Source of the DNA: Gemmatimonadota bacterium | GTDB lineage: Bacteria > Gemmatimonadota > Gemmatimonadetes > Gemmatimonadales > Gemmatimonadaceae | Assembly: GCA_031372565.1 (NCBI GenBank) | Contig: JANMLN010000077.1 | Coordinates: 1 to 52,539, forward strand | Reading direction: 5' to 3' | DNA length: 52,539 bases | Part shown: positions 48,342 to 52,539 of the stretch, one piece after another | Layout: the number at the start of each line of letters is the position of its first letter | Position numbering within the stretch: the first letter of the stretch is position 1 | The notes under the pieces: generated by a model | Database searches by the model: none | The model's input: the letters and a program-made list of their open reading frames with translations, nothing else | Told to the model about the DNA's origin: nothing | Position numbers and translations under genes: made by a program

Positions 48342-48983
48342 ATGCGCAGCATTGTGTCGGCCGCAGCAACCGCCCTGCTTCTCGCCTCCGCCGCGACCTC
48401 GGCCAGCGCCCAGACGATCGACCAGCAGTCGGTCGGCGGCGTTGGCTCGGGCAACTACTTCGGCGCGTGGCAATCTTGGACCTCGCAGACTTTCCGCCCA
48501 AGCGCGACCACGATGGTGGGCGGCGGCTTCAACGTTGTCAACGTCAGCGGCCAGGTCGCATCGGGGACCTTCACGATTCAGCTGTGGGACAACGTCTCGA
48601 GCGCGCCCGGCGCGAACCTGCTGGCCTCGGGGAGTGTCGCGTACAACCTTGGGATCGGCGCCCGGTCGATGGTGGATGTGTTCTGGTCGTCCACTGCGGT
48701 CACGGCCGGTGCACAGTACTTCATGCAGGGGATCGCGAGCGGACCGGAGACGCTGTACTCCTCGCTCACTTTCAACGCGTATGCGAATGGCCAAGCCGGG
48801 TACAACTACTCCACCAACCCGACGGCCCCGGTCAGCTGCTGCGGTTCCGCGTACGACCTCGATTTCCAGACGTTCTCCGACGGCAGCAACGTCGTTCCGG
48901 AGCCCTCAAGCATCGTGCTGATGGCAAGCGGCCTGCTCGCTGTCGGTGGCGTGGCCCGCCGCCGCCGAAAGCTGTCGGCCTGA
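48342..48983 (+). CDS. PEP-CTERM sorting domain protein
   Basis: Signal peptide (ASAQ), VVPEPSS + TM helix + RRRRK; AAGGA RBS. Confidence 0.93.
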   Translation: MRSIVSAAATALLLASAATSASAQTIDQQSVGGVGSGNYFGAWQSWTSQTFRPSATTMVGGGFNVVNVSGQVASGTFTIQLWDNVSSAPGANLLASGSVAYNLGIGARSMVDVFWSSTAVTAGAQYFMQGIASGPETLYSSLTFNAYANGQAGYNYSTNPTAPVSCCGSAYDLDFQTFSDGSNVVPEPSSIVLMASGLLAVGGVARRRRKLSA

Positions 48984-49010
48984 TCGGTCGCACATCCTGA
49001 CACGGAGATC

Positions 49011-49048
49011 AAGCAGGGCCTGCCAGCTGGCAGGCCCTGCTTGCTTTT
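49011..49048 (+). terminator. Rho-independent terminator
   Basis: 32-bp perfect palindrome AAGCAGGGCCTGCCAG/CTGGCAGGCCCTGCTT followed by GCTTTT. Confidence 0.75.
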
Positions 49049-49068
49049 CGGTCGACGCTTGGCGGCCA

Positions 49069-49313
49069 GGCACGGGTCCGGAGGTGGGTGAGGAGCTGGT
49101 CGATCACCGACGCCAAGGTCATGAACGCGACGATGCGCATCGCGCCGTGGCAGGTCGGACACGCGAGCGGGTCGACCGTCTCGGTGCGATGGCGTCGGAC
49201 CGGTACGTCACGGCCTTCGCGGCTCGGTCGAAAGTCGGCCGCTCAGGCGCCACGGGATTCCGCGCGCAGTACCGGGCGAGCCGCGTCGCGCACGCGCGAT
49301 CCTCTGCAGGCAA
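49069..49313 (-). pseudogene. IS91/ISCR-like (Y2-type) transposase relic with frameshift and internal deletion
   Basis: TRLARYCARNPVA.ER.TFD.....VTYRSD, frameshift, then TETVDPLACPTCHGAMRIVAFMT..SVIDQLLTHLRTRA. Confidence 0.75.
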
Positions 49314-49437
49314 AGGGTGACTTCAGGCGGCTGTCGAAGAAGGCGCACCCGGGGTGAACCAGTTGTACGCACCGGTGCGACGCGAGGGGTCCGTGAAGGC
49401 GGGCGATACGCTTCGGATCGAGCGTGACTAGATGGGA
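49310..49437 (+). repeat. Copy B (degenerate) of MOSC gene 3' end
   Basis: About 90% identical to 45452-45580; TGG>TGA nonsense change and a 1-nt deletion. Confidence 0.92.
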
Positions 49438-49549
49438 CTGTATATCGGCACAAATACAGGCAGCGAAATTGTGTTTAACTATGTAAACGATTCATTGATC
49501 ACCGTTTATCAACAATTGACTTCAGCAAATTTATACGCATATTTGCCGA

Positions 49550-50809
49550 ATGATCCCCGCAGACTTCGAGCCGCTCTTCCCGGATCCGTGGGCGCGGGGA
49601 CTCGCTGACCTCGCCCTCGACTTCGAGCGCGAAGCCGCTGCACTCGGCGCCCTCCTCCACCCCGACGTCGCCGACCAGGTCGCCGACCTCCTCCGCTTCG
49701 CGAACAGCTACTTCTCGAACAGCATCGACGGGAACGACATCACGCCGGCCGGGATCGAGGCCGCCATGACGCACGACTGGGCCCACGACCCGCACCGACG
49801 CGCCTGTCAGGAACAGGCCCGCGCCCACGTCGAGATCGAGCGGACCGCGGACGAATGGCTCGACGATGAGGCCACGCTGAACCCGCTGTCGGCGGATACC
49901 CTCCTCGAGCTCCACCGCGCCCTCCACGAGAACGTCCCGCCGTCTGAACGCTGGGTCGGGCATCCCGGCGGGACGCGTCGCGAGCGGATCGTCCCCGGAG
50001 CACTCCGCACCTTCGACGCGCAGGTCGGCCAGCATCAACCGCCACCGGCCGCGTCGATTGCGCCGTTGCTCGCCCGCGCCGCCGAGGCGTACGAGCCTGC
50101 CCGCCTCACCGGCCTCGATCGCGCGATGGCCTTCGCCGCCAGCCATCACCGACTGCTCTGGGTCCACCCCTTCGCTGACGGCAATGGTCTCGTCATGCGC
50201 CTCGCGTCGCGCCTTTACGCACGGGCACTCGGTATCGGCGGCACCAGACTCTGGACCCCGGCCCGCGGCCTGGCGCGCGCACGCGATCGCTACACGGCCG
50301 CGCTCGCCGAGGCAGACGTCCCGCCTCGCAACGAACGCGACGATCTCGACGAACGCGACGATCGCAGCGCGCTCTCGCGCGAAGGGCTCACCAACTTCAC
50401 GCGCTTCTTTCTGACGACCTGCCTGAACGAAGTGCGCTTCATGCGCAGCGTGCTCGCGCCCGACACGCTCGCCGCTCGACTGGAGGACTACGTCAGTCGG
50501 CGCGCGGCCGACGTGCTCCCAGGCGCACATGCGCCGCTCAGCAAGGCCGCGTCTCCGCTGCTGCGCCACTGTCTGCTCGGCGGGCGCGTACGGCGCGGCG
50601 ACATCGCCGCCATCACGGGACGCTCACTGCGCGCCGTGAGCACGATCGTTGGCCAGCTCCTCGACGAGGGACTGCTCGTGACCGACTCACGAAAGGGGCC
50701 AGTCCGACTGGGGCTCCCGCTGCACGCGCTGCGCTATCTGCTGCCGGACGTGTATCCCGAAGGCGCCGATCAGTGGTCCGCCAGCACGCCGTCCGACCAC
50801 GCGGCGTAA
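49550..50809 (+). CDS. Fic family protein with C-terminal winged-HTH-like region
   Basis: NSYFSNSIDG, HHRLLWVHPFADGNGLVMR, W...RGLAR....Y, L...LLDEGLL. Confidence 0.9.
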   Translation: MIPADFEPLFPDPWARGLADLALDFEREAAALGALLHPDVADQVADLLRFANSYFSNSIDGNDITPAGIEAAMTHDWAHDPHRRACQEQARAHVEIERTADEWLDDEATLNPLSADTLLELHRALHENVPPSERWVGHPGGTRRERIVPGALRTFDAQVGQHQPPPAASIAPLLARAAEAYEPARLTGLDRAMAFAASHHRLLWVHPFADGNGLVMRLASRLYARALGIGGTRLWTPARGLARARDRYTAALAEADVPPRNERDDLDERDDRSALSREGLTNFTRFFLTTCLNEVRFMRSVLAPDTLAARLEDYVSRRAADVLPGAHAPLSKAASPLLRHCLLGGRVRRGDIAAITGRSLRAVSTIVGQLLDEGLLVTDSRKGPVRLGLPLHALRYLLPDVYPEGADQWSASTPSDHAA

Positions 50810-50819
50810 CACACGCGCA

Positions 50820-51000
50820 CTACCCCGCCAACTCGCGTGGCGCTTCCTTCGACCCGAACACACTCAACGTCAGCCCCACCACCACCACCGTGACCGCGCC
50901 GATCACGTTGTGCCACAGGAAGCTCACACTCGGCACCAACCAGCTCACGAGCCCGACGGCCGTCATCCCCGCGAGCAACCCGACGAAGGCGCCGGTCGAC
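50820..51000 (-). pseudogene. C-terminal fragment of a sodium:solute symporter-like protein
   Basis: TGAFVGLLAGM.AV......VSFLWHNVIGAV.VVVVG..LS, the last two TM helices only. Confidence 0.6.
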
Positions 51001-51002
51001 TT

Positions 51003-51158
51003 GGGTTCTCGCAGTTCGTCACGCTGTTCGTGACGCCGGTGTTCTGCTCGTACCTGGACGAACTGCAGCGCTGGTTCGCGCGGCGGAAGGCGGCGAAAGC
51101 AGTGCCGACGCCGCACGGGGCGATGGGCGGCGAGGGGTTGGCTCCCGCGAGGGACTAG
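51003..51158 (+). pseudogene. C-terminal fragment of an RND efflux permease (MdtB/C-like)
   Basis: FSQFVTLFVTPVF.SYLD.LQ is the RND TM12 signature. Confidence 0.7.
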
Positions 51159-51260
51159 CATTAGCGTGGAATGGTCGGGGATGGGCGATGCCGTTCGTTT
51201 CTGACGCCACTAGGACGAGTCCGGTCCGCATGCGGATCCGGTGATGTCATGGGTGCCGTC

Positions 51261-52130
51261 ATGCGCAGCTCTCCGTTGTCCGTCCGTGCAGCTGTCGTGC
51301 GGTTCGTGGTCGGATGCGCCGCTGCGGCCGTCCTCGCGAGCTGCGCGCTCCTCGCCGACAGTACGCTGCCGAATGGAAGCCTCCGCTTCACGCCGCCGCC
51401 CGCCTACGCGACGTGGTGGAGCCAGGTCGAGCAGTGTTCGGGGCGCACGGGCTCCTACGCCGCCGTCACGTGGTTCCAAGTCCCCGGCGCCGACCAATTC
51501 ACGGTCGACGGCGAGACCAGAAGCGGCGACTGGTCCTCGATCGGCAGCCGGGTGGTGCTCGCGGGGAACGCTGTCACGTCAGGCGGGCTCGTGCGCCACG
51601 AGATGTTGCACGCGCTCCTCGGCACCGGTGGACATCCGCGCTCGGCGTTCCTCGGCGCGTGCGCTGGTGTGGTCAACTGCTCGTCGCTCTGCGTCGCCGA
51701 GGCCGGGAGCGCACCACCGCCCGATCCGGCGTGGGTGACCGTTCCACCGGAATCGCTCCAAGTGGGCGCCACGGTCGCGCCCGTGCGGCCAAGTTCGGCC
51801 ATGAATGGCGGGGCGTTCGCGTTGACGGTCACGGTGACGAACGCGAGCAACCACGGCGTGGTTGTCGCGCTCCCACCGTCGGGCGATGCCGGCCCTCCGG
51901 GCTCGTTCAGCTGGGAGGCGAAGTATCAGGCGCTCACGGCTTGGTATGACGAGCGTGCGTGGGACTCGTCCGTGACATACTTCGCGCCGGGCGAGACGAA
52001 GCGGATGATCTTCGACTTCTTCGTCAACGGGCCGTCGGGATACAACGGCGTTCCACCGGGCGTGGTGAACTTCCGCTATCGCTTCGGCGAGACCTGGCAG
52101 GGTCCGCTCGCCGTCACACTCGACCCGTAG
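51261..52130 (+). CDS. Lipoprotein with HExxH zincin-like motif and Ig-like C-terminus
   Basis: Lipobox LASC; VRHEMLHALL...GH; beta-rich tail LTVTVTN...FAPGETK. Confidence 0.7.
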   Translation: MRSSPLSVRAAVVRFVVGCAAAAVLASCALLADSTLPNGSLRFTPPPAYATWWSQVEQCSGRTGSYAAVTWFQVPGADQFTVDGETRSGDWSSIGSRVVLAGNAVTSGGLVRHEMLHALLGTGGHPRSAFLGACAGVVNCSSLCVAEAGSAPPPDPAWVTVPPESLQVGATVAPVRPSSAMNGGAFALTVTVTNASNHGVVVALPPSGDAGPPGSFSWEAKYQALTAWYDERAWDSSVTYFAPGETKRMIFDFFVNGPSGYNGVPPGVVNFRYRFGETWQGPLAVTLDP

Positions 52131-52136
52131 CGCGCG

Positions 52137-52539
52137 TCAGCGTCGCGGCTCCTGCGCGCGCACGCGCCCCGTCGCCTCCGCCACCCGCTCCACGCACTTC
52201 GCGACCGTCCCGCTGCGCGCGCGCTGCGGCAGCACGAGCTCCGGATGATCGGGCTCCGCGGCCGCACGGCCGGCGCCCGGCGCATCCATCATGAGGTCCC
52301 CGCCACGCGAGATCACGGCGACCTCGAAGTGCTCGACGGCCTCGAGTAGACTGGTGAGTTCCACCCGGGTTTAGTGCGTCGTGACGCGGACGCCGCGTCG
52401 CTGAAGGCGGTCCGCCATCTCGCCGGCGACGCGACGGAGGAGGGTGGCACCCTTGCCATCATCGACCTCGATCGGGACGGCGTTCGCCATCACGGCGGCG
52501 ATGAAATTGGGGTTCGACCGCGAGCGGGGTTCTGGCGCC
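52137..52539 (-). pseudogene. Hypothetical protein interrupted by an in-frame TAA (5' end beyond window)
   Basis: Frame open from the window edge: ...MADRLQRRGVRVTTH*TRVELTSLLEAVEHFE...GGDLMMD; TAA at 52371-52373. Confidence 0.55.

Larger units (their letters stand above)
45589..49313 (-). mobile_element. Degenerate IS91/ISCR-like rolling-circle element carrying cargo
   Basis: oriIS-like end (minus strand ...GAGATTCCTATCCC), transposase C-terminal pieces at both ends, flanking 129-bp direct repeat. Confidence 0.65.

Noticed and set aside
45765..49068. Integron cassette array
   Set aside because: No intI, no RYYYAAC...GTTRRRY attC structures, and cargo genes are in mixed orientation
49462..49489. 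dif-like XerCD site (CTATGTAAAC resembles a XerD arm)
   Set aside because: No matching XerC arm at 6-bp spacing, and such matches are likely by chance in AT-rich DNA
52371..52373. Programmed readthrough or recoding
   Set aside because: The codon is TAA (not Sec/Pyl), other genes use TAA as a normal stop, and the region is full of pseudogenes
1..52539. tRNA, rRNA, riboswitch, prophage or canonical defence genes
   Set aside because: None was recognisable by eye; a covariance-model search would be needed to exclude small RNAs

Overview
High-GC bacterial chromosomal window; the gene content (kinase-TPR, carboxypeptidase-regulatory repeat protein, PEP-CTERM, Tat-exported sugar enzymes) suggests Gemmatimonadota, which is an inference. 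Positions 1-45580 are a dense core region: DUF1080/MFS/Gfo sugar catabolism, Ser/Thr kinase, cutC, deoC with a two-domain ALDH, PPK2-type pap, dctA, alkA with an orphan MqsA-like regulator, a SigK/RskA-like ECF pair with fasciclins, an ABC exporter, ridA, osmC, msrPQ, a THUMP RNA methyltransferase and a MOSC protein. Positions 45580-52539 are a decaying accessory region. The best candidate for an undescribed system is a ~3.7 kb cargo-carrying rolling-circle (IS91/ISCR-like) element at 45589-49313. It has an oriIS-like end, a transposase relic split in two around ~3.3 kb of cargo with a 22-bp duplication, and is bracketed by a 129-bp duplication of the MOSC gene 3' end. Other signals: a 30-bp REP-like hairpin repeat (6 copies, one in-frame inside a signal peptide), a 206-bp MITE-like inverted repeat, back-to-back GTGCATCC-N16-CGAA promoters at the ECF locus, a shared GAACC-N16-(C/A)GT motif upstream of three stress genes, a Fic protein with variant motifs, and several gene-fragment scars. 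No rRNA, tRNA or CRISPR array was seen. All family calls are from motif recognition by eye; no database searches were run.
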